From IMG/VR virus record IMGVR_UViG_3300005537_000001, positions 248,001-312,000 of that record: a stretch of 64,000 nucleotides of DNA; one strand, 5' to 3'. The notes beneath the pieces are model-generated. The model ran no database searches. It worked only from the letters and a program-made list of their open reading frames with translations, and was not told where the DNA came from. Below are positions 37,506 to 46,597 of the stretch, piece after piece (the first letter of the stretch is position 1; every line of letters begins with the position of its first letter). The translations under genes were made by a program, and so were the position numbers.

Positions 37506-38254
37506 AACTGACACCACAAGACACCAAGAATCTTCTATCAGTTCTTACCGCGTGCGCGGTAGGAGGAATAGAGTCAATCATAATCGAAGATGGCATCGCC
37601 CGCGGAGCTAATGAGGCGAGGACTTTTGCCATTCTTACCACCGACAGCGATGTTCCCAAGCTTCCACAGAAGATGGGATTAGGATCTGACAAGGCTGCCC
37701 GCTTAAGCTCTCTCAGACAGCGTCTTGAGCTTTTCGGCGGAGACACCAGCACCATCATCGATGCTAAGGAAACGGAACGAGGTGAAATAAGCTCACTCGA
37801 TATCACGTCCGGTAAAAACAAAGTTCAATTTCGCTGCACGTCTGCGATGCTGATCAAAGCTCCAAAAAGCATAAATGATGTACCAACGTTCAAGCTGTTT
37901 GTAACGAGACCTGAGCTGAAAATGATTCTTAATTCGATTAAGATTATGGGCGGAAAAACCGTTCAGATAATCATCAAGAAGGATCGTACCGCTCAAATCA
38001 TCGCCGTAGATGAAGCGAATGATCCATTTACTACGGCCCTTGAAACTCCGGTAGAGATATTAACCGGCGATGAGCAGGATTCGGTAGTTCACTACTATCA
38101 TGGTGATATTTTCCATTCTACGCTGAGAGCTCAAGCTGATGTTGACGTCATAACCTTTGATGTCGGATCATCTGGAACGATCCGCGCAAAGATACATGGG
38201 CATTCTGTTGTCGTGATGCCCAAGATTCCAGAAAATTCAGACGAGGAAGAATAA
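37502..38254 (+). CDS. probable sliding clamp (gp45-like)
   Basis: About 250 aa with alternating beta/alpha pattern, just downstream of the polymerase. Confidence 0.5.
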   Translation: MKLTPQDTKNLLSVLTACAVGGIESIIIEDGIARGANEARTFAILTTDSDVPKLPQKMGLGSDKAARLSSLRQRLELFGGDTSTIIDAKETERGEISSLDITSGKNKVQFRCTSAMLIKAPKSINDVPTFKLFVTRPELKMILNSIKIMGGKTVQIIIKKDRTAQIIAVDEANDPFTTALETPVEILTGDEQDSVVHYYHGDIFHSTLRAQADVDVITFDVGSSGTIRAKIHGHSVVVMPKIPENSDEEE

Positions 38255-38255
38255 C

Positions 38256-38636
38256 ATGTCGGAACAACCAATCGCCCCAATTCGCCAAAGCAGCTTTTCG
38301 GATGCCGTGACCATCGGCGCCCTCAACACTAAGCTTGCAGAAGCTAACGCGGCCCTCGCGAAATGGAAAATAAGCATTCTCGGAGATGTGGTAGCTGCAG
38401 AAGGCGGCTTTGCCGTCAAGCTTAACATCTTCAACGGCAATGACCGAGGATTTATCTACGTAATTACTCCTGAGGATGTTGAGTATTATTCAGCTGATCA
38501 ATCTGGGTTGATCGATACTCTTGTAGAGTTGGTTCACACGCATCTCTTCAAGGAGCTAATCAAGAATGAGCTTACCCCATTCGTTGCAAATGGTATTCGA
38601 AACGCAGCGCTGCGCAAATCGCAGAATAAATCATGA
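38256..38636 (+). CDS. hypothetical protein (126 aa)
   Basis: ORF track. Confidence 0.7.
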   Translation: MSEQPIAPIRQSSFSDAVTIGALNTKLAEANAALAKWKISILGDVVAAEGGFAVKLNIFNGNDRGFIYVITPEDVEYYSADQSGLIDTLVELVHTHLFKELIKNELTPFVANGIRNAALRKSQNKS

Positions 38637-38947
38637 AGCAGAGTTGGTTAGTAGCCCTTAAGGAAAAACTATCGAGGCGATCAAAGCAGCCATGGGCATG
38701 CTTTGAAACAACAGGTCCTGATGCAGCCGGTAAGCTTGGATTTTCGATAGCGTGGAATCCCGCCTTTACCGAAAATCTTCAGAAGCTAGGTATGGCTGGT
38801 CAGACTGACGAGGAAACCATCCAGCTGTTCTTTCTACAGCTTAGAATGATTCCAGATAGCATGAATCCAGATTCTGAAGTTGCAGCGGTAAATCCGGAAG
38901 CAACGCCAAATCTTACCGATGAAGCCAACAAATTCGTAAGAGGTTAA
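38633..38947 (+). CDS. conserved jumbo-phage hypothetical protein
   Basis: PW...IAWNPAF...L...G..G.TDEE pattern. Confidence 0.7.
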   Translation: MKQSWLVALKEKLSRRSKQPWACFETTGPDAAGKLGFSIAWNPAFTENLQKLGMAGQTDEETIQLFFLQLRMIPDSMNPDSEVAAVNPEATPNLTDEANKFVRG

Positions 38948-38949
38948 AC

Positions 38950-39405
38950 ATGAATGTGACCGTGTGCGCTAAAATACGCCCATCACAAAGCAAAAAGTTG
39001 GGTGGTGTTAGACAGATGTGCGGTAACCCACACGCGCATGATGGCGAATGTGGTAGTTGGATACTTGTATCTCAGCCAGAACATGCTGTGGCTATGAGAA
39101 CCCATACTATCAAGCTGGTTGAGCTAGAGGAACGCAACGTGCCAACGCTAGAAACAATTCTCACCGAAATTCGCTCAGAGCGAACCCATCAAGATAAGAA
39201 ATGGGGAACAAAGTTTGATGATGCAAACACCATCAATGACTGGGCCGCCTATGCTAACATTTATCTCAGCAATGCTACGACGATGAAGGCATCGCGCGAG
39301 GAGCAGCGCGAAGGTATCCTCCAGGCGGCAAGCCTTCTCATAGCTGCGCTCGAAGCATTTGACCGCAATCGCGGCTTCCCAGCTCGTCACTACGATAAGA
39401 AATAA
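38950..39405 (+). CDS. hypothetical protein with NTP-PPase-like C-terminal domain
   Basis: EIRSERTHQDKKWG...DW...Q.A...IAA.E; possible internal GTG start at 39139. Confidence 0.55.
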   Translation: MNVTVCAKIRPSQSKKLGGVRQMCGNPHAHDGECGSWILVSQPEHAVAMRTHTIKLVELEERNVPTLETILTEIRSERTHQDKKWGTKFDDANTINDWAAYANIYLSNATTMKASREEQREGILQAASLLIAALEAFDRNRGFPARHYDKK

Positions 39406-39420
39406 TTGGAAAAATAATCT

Positions 39421-40419
39421 ATGAAGCGAATGGTAGTAGACACGGCTAACCTCCTTTTCCGAGTTGCCGCGGCGCATGGCAAATACAACCAAACTGGTAC
39501 GGCTGAAGAGCGAGCTGGATTAGCTTTACATATGGCGCTTAACAGCTTGAACAAATATTACAAGATGTTCAAGCCCGATCAAGTGGCTATGACGTTTGAA
39601 GGATTTAACAACTGGCGAAAAGAATACACCAAATCCTCCGCGTGCAAATCGCAGAAGGTGTACAAGGCTAATCGAGTGAAGGATCCATCGATGATTCCCT
39701 TCTTTGAGCTCATCAAGGCTTTCGAAGATTTGGCGCGCAATCATACCTCGCTAGTTTGCCTATCTGCACCAACCCTTGAAGGTGACGATCTTTTCGCTGG
39801 GTACGTTCAGCGCTTCACCGAAGCCGGAGATGAGGTTATCGGTATCTCTGGCGACAAGGACTTTGTTCAACTACTCAAGTATAAGAATTTTCAGCTCATC
39901 AATCCAGATACCGGCAAACCTCGCAATCTAATCGACGTCTGCGGAGTAGATGATTCAATCTTCTTCATGTTCGAGAAGGGCATGCGCGGTGATAAGGGTG
40001 ACAACGTGTTTCCTGCCTATCCTCGCGTGCTCAAGAAGCGCCTGCTAAAGTGTCTCAACAATGACTATGAGCTCACGAAGATCATGAATGAAACGTGGAG
40101 CTTTACTGATCCAGAAACTAAGCTGGAAACAACCTATCGCGTTGGAGATCTCTTTGATGAAAATATCTTGCTCATGGATCTCAGCGCTCAACCAGAAAGC
40201 GTGAAGAAGGTAATAAGCGACACGCTAGATCATGAGTTGGTAAATCATGGCAAGTGGAATTTTTTTCAGTTTACCAAATTCTGTGGTAAATATGGTTTGA
40301 AGCAGATAGCAGAAAATTCTACACAATTCGCAAAATTATTTTCCGTAACCGGAACAAACTCTCCGCATAGAGAAGAAACGGAAGCTATCGCTAAGAAGAA
40401 AGAGCTGCTTGAATTTTGA
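39421..40419 (+). CDS. rnh: T4-type RNase H / 5'-3' exonuclease
   Basis: VDTAN, FEG..NWRK, YKANR, LEGDD, SGDKD, GDKGDN. Confidence 0.92.
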   Translation: MKRMVVDTANLLFRVAAAHGKYNQTGTAEERAGLALHMALNSLNKYYKMFKPDQVAMTFEGFNNWRKEYTKSSACKSQKVYKANRVKDPSMIPFFELIKAFEDLARNHTSLVCLSAPTLEGDDLFAGYVQRFTEAGDEVIGISGDKDFVQLLKYKNFQLINPDTGKPRNLIDVCGVDDSIFFMFEKGMRGDKGDNVFPAYPRVLKKRLLKCLNNDYELTKIMNETWSFTDPETKLETTYRVGDLFDENILLMDLSAQPESVKKVISDTLDHELVNHGKWNFFQFTKFCGKYGLKQIAENSTQFAKLFSVTGTNSPHREETEAIAKKKELLEF

Positions 40420-41114
40420 TTCGATGGAATAATTCTTCTTTAGTTAAAGTTGATTTAGAATTCTTTTTACAATTGTGCCTCCACGGAATCATTTTCAAAT
40501 TGCATCTGTGACCTATTATTTCGGGTTCTATGTTTTGTAAAAATCCATCTTTGATAGACAAAAGATGATCCAATTTGATATGCTCCAGGCACGCCGCAAA
40601 GTCCTCGACGCTCGAAATGTTCTAATAACGTAAGATCATTTTTGAAGGTGACGCGCATGCAGGCCGATCGATATTTTTCGAATTTAGATCGTTTAGCATC
40701 TGGTAGATGTAGACCCTTTTCGATTTTCGTTTTGTGCGCCTTAATGTACATCGCATTATATTTTTCCTGGGACATACTCAATGCACGCTTTTGGGCTCTA
40801 TTTGCTATTCCAGTGTCACCCATAGTTTGTAGAATCATTTTTTGAGTACAGTCAGACGAGCACGTTTTATTGTATCTGGGGATTCCTCTCTCTTCAAATC
40901 TAACAGCACCCCCACATATTTGACATGTTGGACGCTCAATTAGTTCGGCGTTGATGAAATGTAATCTCTCTTTAAGAGAGGCAGAGGTAAGTATTTTTGT
41001 TGCTTGATTTATTTCTTCGAGTACATCTGGTCGACAACGAATCATTCGTTGCGCGTTGACATTTATTCTATCTGCGCCCAATATTTTAAGCTGGATTAAT
41101 TTATCTTTCATCAA
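40391..41114 (-). pseudogene. HNH homing endonuclease split by a +1 frameshift
   Basis: The 215-aa ORF reads ...GAYQ and continues in another frame as LDHLLSIKDGF...NLKMIPWRHNCKK; one extra A at 40574-40576; own late promoter GATAAATA (- strand, 41139-41146). Confidence 0.8.
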
Positions 41115-41169
41115 ATGATCTCACAATATTTTATGGGATATTTATCCTGATCAATCATCCTGTCTCCGC

Positions 41170-41177
41170 TATAAATA
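41170..41177 (+). promoter_or_regulatory. late promoter TATAAATA
   Basis: Exact consensus, divergent from the HNH promoter. Confidence 0.7.
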
Positions 41178-41251
41178 CCAGGTACCTACCAGGTATGGGG
41201 TTTTTCAAAACGTAAGCACGTCATCCCCAAATAGCAATAGGAGACTCCAAC

Positions 41252-41698
41252 ATGGCACAGGCTAAAGACACAATCGAATTATCTCAAACTTCCCTTCCAC
41301 ATGTATTTCTCTGCGACATCGACGACTCGGGTCTGCTCAAGGAAATTTTGGTTGTTAAGAAGTTCAAGGATGGTTCAATCTACTACGTAGAAATCGACAC
41401 CCTCCACACGATCGACAAGGGTCGCATCAAGAAAATCGTATCCTCACAACACGCCGACAAGTATGAGTGCTGGGAACTTCTCTCACAGGCGCGTCTTTCA
41501 AACGGCATGAACGCTCTAGATTTCTTCCACAGCAACAACGTCAAGGTCAAGCGCCCTCGTGGTGCTCGCGCGGTAACTGGCTCTCTCGAGCAGGTACAGG
41601 CGTATGGTTCTGACAAGCTGATTGGTACCGAATTCGGCACCAACCCAGCTGAAATTAACCTAGACAAGGCTTCTGGCGTATTCGTTCCTAAGTCATAA
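41252..41698 (+). CDS. late hypothetical protein (148 aa)
   Basis: SD AGGAG; late promoter. Confidence 0.75.
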   Translation: MAQAKDTIELSQTSLPHVFLCDIDDSGLLKEILVVKKFKDGSIYYVEIDTLHTIDKGRIKKIVSSQHADKYECWELLSQARLSNGMNALDFFHSNNVKVKRPRGARAVTGSLEQVQAYGSDKLIGTEFGTNPAEINLDKASGVFVPKS

Positions 41699-41749
41699 TC
41701 TGCTTCGCGTTAGAAAATCACAGGGCTTACTTAACATAACGTAAGCCCT

Positions 41750-41779
41750 GTGTACTATACGGAGGTTGCGTGTTATAAT
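41750..41779 (+). promoter_or_regulatory. early promoter GTGTAC-N18-TATAAT
   Basis: Overlaps the 3' arm of a 12-bp hairpin (41719-41752). Confidence 0.7.
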
Positions 41780-41817
41780 CTAACGACAGACCGACCCTAA
41801 TAAGGAAGGAGATGTAG

Positions 41818-42459
41818 ATGAAACTTAGCAGCGCTTTGGTTTCAGTGTTAACGATGTTTGTAGTTGGAGTTGTGGTAGGAAATTTATTTCAATCACCTCC
41901 TCCGCAAGTGAACATCCCGGTAGCACCCAACGACGGTAGTGGCTACGAAATAAAATACCCGGAACATCCCACACGACGACAATCACAGATACTTGGACTA
42001 GCTTTTGACATCGCTAAGAGAGACGGTCATAAGTATCCGCAGCTTCTCCAGGGAATTATCCTTCAAGAAACGTTAGCTGGAGATTTGAAGCGATACAAGG
42101 TAATTGGGCAGGAATTCGGACTTAAACCTAACCAGCGGTATTACGGAGTGTCGCAAATCAAGCTGGCAGCGACGTGGGAAGTTTTAAGACGCTATCCAGA
42201 AATGTGGGAGCAATTTGCATTTAACACCCACACTGACGAAGAGATTATCGCGAAGCTTGTAGATGATGATCACTTCAACATGGCCGTAGCTAGCAAGTAT
42301 CTGCTAATACTTGGTGAGCGCGGTTATGATACAATGGCTTCACTGGCCTGCGCGTACAACAAGGGTGCAGGTGGAGCTCGAAAAACAGATCCTAAAACAG
42401 ACCCATATTCAATGGGCGTCATGGCACACATTGGAGTTATAGCACGAAATGGCCAATAA
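41818..42459 (+). CDS. SLT-type lytic transglycosylase with N-terminal signal/TM
   Basis: IILQET (catalytic Glu), YGVSQIK, FN..VA..YL, AYNKG. Confidence 0.78.
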   Translation: MKLSSALVSVLTMFVVGVVVGNLFQSPPPQVNIPVAPNDGSGYEIKYPEHPTRRQSQILGLAFDIAKRDGHKYPQLLQGIILQETLAGDLKRYKVIGQEFGLKPNQRYYGVSQIKLAATWEVLRRYPEMWEQFAFNTHTDEEIIAKLVDDDHFNMAVASKYLLILGERGYDTMASLACAYNKGAGGARKTDPKTDPYSMGVMAHIGVIARNGQ

Positions 42460-42787
42460 AATAGAAGAATACGTTGAGAAACTTGACGACGATGAGAAGA
42501 TAAAAATCATCAATGGATACGAAGTTCTTTCGTCGACGGGCGTAATTGGTGATGAACCTATCCGCACTCACGCGGAAGCTCTCATGAAGGAAGAACTATC
42601 TTTCAGCGCCTCACATGTGTCCATGTGGATGTCTCAGGTGGCGTTTGAATGCTATCGCTATTTCGCGTGGAAGGAAATTAGTATGAGGTTGATCGCACAG
42701 GCTGAGATGAATTATTACAAAAATAAGAAAGAAACGCTAACACCAATACCTCCCGGCTATACGCTTGATCAAACTCCAGAAGCTTGA
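42449..42787 (+). CDS. hypothetical protein (112 aa)
   Basis: ORF track. Confidence 0.6.
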   Translation: MANKIEEYVEKLDDDEKIKIINGYEVLSSTGVIGDEPIRTHAEALMKEELSFSASHVSMWMSQVAFECYRYFAWKEISMRLIAQAEMNYYKNKKETLTPIPPGYTLDQTPEA

Positions 42788-43751
42788 AGATCTAATACAC
42801 GAAAAGATTGCTTTAGGAACTGCGGACTCAAGGGGATTCTTCTCTCTCAAGTGCCAAGTATGCAACGACTACAAGGTGCGCGCGGGATTCAAGTTCGACA
42901 TGGGCAGCATTGGGTACAATTGTTGGAACTGCTCAACTACTGGCAAGTATGAAGAGTTCGGTGGCCGTATCTCAAAGAATTTCCGTAGGATCCTAAACGC
43001 ATATGGAATTGAAGACAGCGAGATTAGCGCGGTAGTCAACACCACTTTCTTCGTTAAGAAGGAAAAAGAAGACACTAAGATCACGCTGGCAAAGTTGACC
43101 AAGATCAACACGGCAACACCCACGGTAAAACTTCCACCTAAATCTCTATCTCTTGGTCATCCAGAATTTCTAGATTATCAGCAGAAGCTAGTTACGTATC
43201 TCATGGAGCGCAAGATTGATCTTGACAGGTACAAATTTTTCTTTTCTCTTGAGCCGAGATTTCTAAACCGAATCATCATTCCTTTTTACCGAGATGGTAA
43301 GCTCATCTACTGGCAGGCACGACACATAGACAACTCTGAAAAGAAGCGCTACGACAACGCGCCGATTGGTAGAGATGCCGTGATGTACAACTTCGATCAG
43401 CTAAACAGCTATTCCCACGCTCCACTATTTGTAGTAGAGGGAGTGTTTGACGCGATGATGGTGAATGGTGTAGCTATCCTAGGTAGCAAGTTGAATGAAG
43501 CTAAAATTGAGCTACTTTCAAAGACCGCGCGCAGGCTAGTTTTTGTGATAGATAAAGACAGCAATGGTAAGCATCTAGCCGAAGACGTCTTAACTAGAGG
43601 GTGGGAAATAGCATTTTCTCCAGATGGATCAGAAGATCTCAATCAAAGCGTGCGCAAATTCGGTCTGCTATACACGATATACGAGCTAAAGAAGAGCGTT
43701 ACAAATAACAGCGATCAAGCTCACCTCTTGATTAACAAATATTGCAGGTAA
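42765..43751 (+). CDS. DNA primase (gp61-like)
   Basis: Zn ribbon CQVC...CWNC; TOPRIM VEGVFD...DKD. Confidence 0.9.
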   Translation: MIKLQKLEDLIHEKIALGTADSRGFFSLKCQVCNDYKVRAGFKFDMGSIGYNCWNCSTTGKYEEFGGRISKNFRRILNAYGIEDSEISAVVNTTFFVKKEKEDTKITLAKLTKINTATPTVKLPPKSLSLGHPEFLDYQQKLVTYLMERKIDLDRYKFFFSLEPRFLNRIIIPFYRDGKLIYWQARHIDNSEKKRYDNAPIGRDAVMYNFDQLNSYSHAPLFVVEGVFDAMMVNGVAILGSKLNEAKIELLSKTARRLVFVIDKDSNGKHLAEDVLTRGWEIAFSPDGSEDLNQSVRKFGLLYTIYELKKSVTNNSDQAHLLINKYCR

Positions 43752-43752
43752 T

Positions 43753-44046
43753 ATGACGACTGAATCTCGAGCGACCGCGGACAATCCGCGTGGACTGATT
43801 AACCATTTATTGGCAGCACCGGACACCCAGCTGGACGCATGCGTGAAACCGCTCATAGAGCAGTGGGATGACGAACCAACTGCCTACCAAATTCTAGAAG
43901 TCCTCGATCATTGCATCTACGGACCATTGGCATCCGGTTTCGTAATCAGGGTTTTACAGGGGATGTGTAATCAAGCTTTGGAAAACGAAGGTAAGACCCA
44001 CGAAGAGGCATACGCTTATGCCGTTCGGCACTGGAGGAAGCGTTAG
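43753..44046 (+). CDS. hypothetical protein (97 aa)
   Basis: ORF between primase and helicase. Confidence 0.65.
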   Translation: MTTESRATADNPRGLINHLLAAPDTQLDACVKPLIEQWDDEPTAYQILEVLDHCIYGPLASGFVIRVLQGMCNQALENEGKTHEEAYAYAVRHWRKR

Positions 44047-45356
44047 TGGAACTTGAAAAGCAAAAGCTGATCCTAAGCTTGGTTGCCGGAAACCGAGATC
44101 TGTTGGCGCTTACAGCTGGCATCATCAAGCCATCATACTTTGACCCTTCGCTTAAGAAGAGCGTCAAATTCATTCAGGATTATTTCGAAAAGTACAAGGA
44201 CGTTCCCAAGCTTGCGACTCTTCGCGCTGAAACCGGGTTGATATTGGAAGATAGCGGAAAGATAACCCGCGCGGACGTTCAATACGTTGCGAGTGAGATG
44301 GAAGATTTTTGTAAGACCAGGGCGGCTACTGAAGCCGTTATTCAGTCGATGGAATTCATTCAAAAGGGAGAGATTGGAAAGATCATTCCCGCGCTAAAGG
44401 AAGCCGTAGCGATCGGTCTTCAGAAGGACATTGGCATAAATTACTTTGAAAACGTTGAGGAGCGGCTCAAGCAGACGTTAGAAGTTGAAGCTCGGCTTTC
44501 AACTGGATGGGCAGAGGTTGATGAGATGCTGGGCGGTGGGGTTGCTAGGCAGGAACTTATCGTCTTTACCGCAAATTCTGGAGGAGGCAAGTCCATGACG
44601 ATGCTTAACCTCGCCAGGAATTTTCTAGCCCAGGGTTATAACGGCGTCTACATATCCCTTGAAATGCGGGCTGGAGTTGTATCTAAGCGACTAGATTCCA
44701 TGATCTCGCTAATCTCACAGGAAAACCTGCTGCGGGAGATGCAGAAGGTTCTAGTTGCTATCGAAAGTTCAGCTGGAAATATGGGTAAATTTTTCGTCAA
44801 GAGGATGCCGGAAAATAGAACCAACATCAACGACATTCGATCATATCTACAGCAGCTTGAGCAATCAACTGGATTTAGACCCGATTTTATCGTTGTAGAT
44901 TACCTCGACATCATGGGTACTACCATGTCAGTTTCTCACGACAATCTGTTTATCAAGGACAAGTACGTAACTGAAGAAGTTAGAAGCTTGGGATTTGATT
45001 ACGATTGCGTAATGGTCTCTGCTTCTCAGCTTGGAAAGCACGCCGCTAAATCAGAAACGCTTGATCAATCAGATGTGCAAGGTGGTAGTTCCAAAGTAAA
45101 TACATCCGACTACACGATAGCGGTCAAACAGGACGACCTGATGCGGGCCGCCGGTGAAATCTTTTTCCAAGTTCTGAAGTCTAGAAACTCACGTGGAGTT
45201 GGTCGACGAGTTTTATTGGGTTGGGATCCCATTTCTCTGCTCATTAGCTCACTGCAAAAAGCTAAAAATGGCTTGCAGTTGAACAAAAAGAAATCACCGA
45301 TCATTTTGGAAACAGCGCAGGGGAATGATGGAGTCCTCGGATTGATGAACACGTAA
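44046..45356 (+). CDS. replicative DnaB/gp41-like helicase
   Basis: ANSGGGKS Walker A, YISLEM, IVVDYLD, SASQL, KSRN. Confidence 0.93.
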   Translation: MELEKQKLILSLVAGNRDLLALTAGIIKPSYFDPSLKKSVKFIQDYFEKYKDVPKLATLRAETGLILEDSGKITRADVQYVASEMEDFCKTRAATEAVIQSMEFIQKGEIGKIIPALKEAVAIGLQKDIGINYFENVEERLKQTLEVEARLSTGWAEVDEMLGGGVARQELIVFTANSGGGKSMTMLNLARNFLAQGYNGVYISLEMRAGVVSKRLDSMISLISQENLLREMQKVLVAIESSAGNMGKFFVKRMPENRTNINDIRSYLQQLEQSTGFRPDFIVVDYLDIMGTTMSVSHDNLFIKDKYVTEEVRSLGFDYDCVMVSASQLGKHAAKSETLDQSDVQGGSSKVNTSDYTIAVKQDDLMRAAGEIFFQVLKSRNSRGVGRRVLLGWDPISLLISSLQKAKNGLQLNKKKSPIILETAQGNDGVLGLMNT

Positions 45357-45385
45357 AACAATATTTTTCTCGGAGATAATAACAA

Positions 45386-45685
45386 ATGAAGATCGAAGCC
45401 CCAGCCACAATCACAGTTGATGGTAAGGAATATCCAGTATCAGGTTTCAACGAAAACATTCAGCGCCTTGTCGCTATTCACACCGCGTGGAGAAATGATC
45501 TACAGGAAGAGCGTCTTGCTCTTGCAAAGACTGAAGCTGCTATTCGAGCCCTCGATGTTGAGCTTTCACAGAATGTTCAAGCCGCGGTAGCTCCAGTACC
45601 GCCAGCTCCGGTTGCCCCAGCTGATGTGACGCCTGCAGCTCCAGCTGCAAACGACGCTACACCGACTGCTCCAGCTGCAGTTTAA
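45386..45685 (+). CDS. hypothetical protein with coiled coil and Pro/Ala tail
   Basis: SD GGAG; ORF track. Confidence 0.7.
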   Translation: MKIEAPATITVDGKEYPVSGFNENIQRLVAIHTAWRNDLQEERLALAKTEAAIRALDVELSQNVQAAVAPVPPAPVAPADVTPAAPAANDATPTAPAAV

Positions 45686-45706
45686 GTCCTTTTAGCGTGA
45701 CTTATT

Positions 45707-45733
45707 AAGCGGACCCTCACGGGTCCGCTTTTG
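45707..45733 (+). terminator. intrinsic terminator ending the replication operon
   Basis: AAGCGGACCC-TCAC-GGGTCCGCTT followed by T residues. Confidence 0.85.
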
Positions 45734-45752
45734 TATCTGTAGTGATCTGAAC

Positions 45753-45760
45753 CATAAATA
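45753..45760 (+). promoter_or_regulatory. late promoter variant CATAAATA
   Basis: Directly after the terminator. Confidence 0.55.
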
Positions 45761-45772
45761 TCTCATGACAAT

Positions 45773-46597
45773 ATGCACGGACATCTCATGAACACGACCA
45801 CTGATAAGTGGTGCGTATACATTACGCGTCATAGAACAGGAAAATTCTATGGCGGTAAAGGTGTGACCGAAGCCGTGCAAAATGGAACCTATAAGGGTTC
45901 TGGAGTAATGCTTCACAAATATTTCAAAAAATATCCAGCAACTGAGTGGATATCAGAAATTTTATCAACTCATGACATTGAAAATGATGCTTATGCAGCT
46001 GAAGCAAATTTTGTAACAGAAGAAATGCTGTTAAATCCAGACTGTTTAAATCTTATACCAGGTGGACATGGATGGACATCCGAGCAAGTGATAAAGCACA
46101 ATATTGAGATGTGGAAGAATCCATTATTTGTAGATAAAATGAGAAAGATGAAAGCAGCTCATTGGTTAGATCCACAATTTGTAGAGCGCATTACAAAAGC
46201 GGCATCCGAATTTCAAACTAAGCGTTGGCAAGATCCAGAATACCGCAAATTTATGACAGAGGTGTCAAATCGCACTGTTAACAGAACCTGGAGAAATCCA
46301 GAATTTCAAGCAGAAATGAGTAGACGAGCTTGGGCAAAACCAGAAGTGAGGGAATTTCAGAGGCGTAAGACAACTGAGCGTTGGGTATCTGGTCCACTCC
46401 GCGAACAACAAAGAATAGGCGCTCAAAAGGTATGGGAAGATCCTGTTAAGAGTGCACAAATGCGAGTTCAACGTTCAAATAGAATGAAAAATATTCGATG
46501 GATGAATAAAGATGGAGTTGCTCGACAAATACCGATTAATTTGATTGCACAGTTCGAAGCTGATGGATGGAATGGGGGAATGAAATGCAAATCCTAA
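45773..46597 (+). mobile_element. free-standing GIY-YIG (Seg-like) homing endonuclease
   Basis: CVYIT...KFYGGK...YKGSG...AYAAE N-domain followed by W..PE.R helical repeats; appears AT-richer than its flanks. Confidence 0.8.

Noticed and set aside
536-45356. Group I introns or inteins in thyA, polymerase, primase or helicase
   Set aside because: All are continuous ORFs of expected length with no intein C/HN termini
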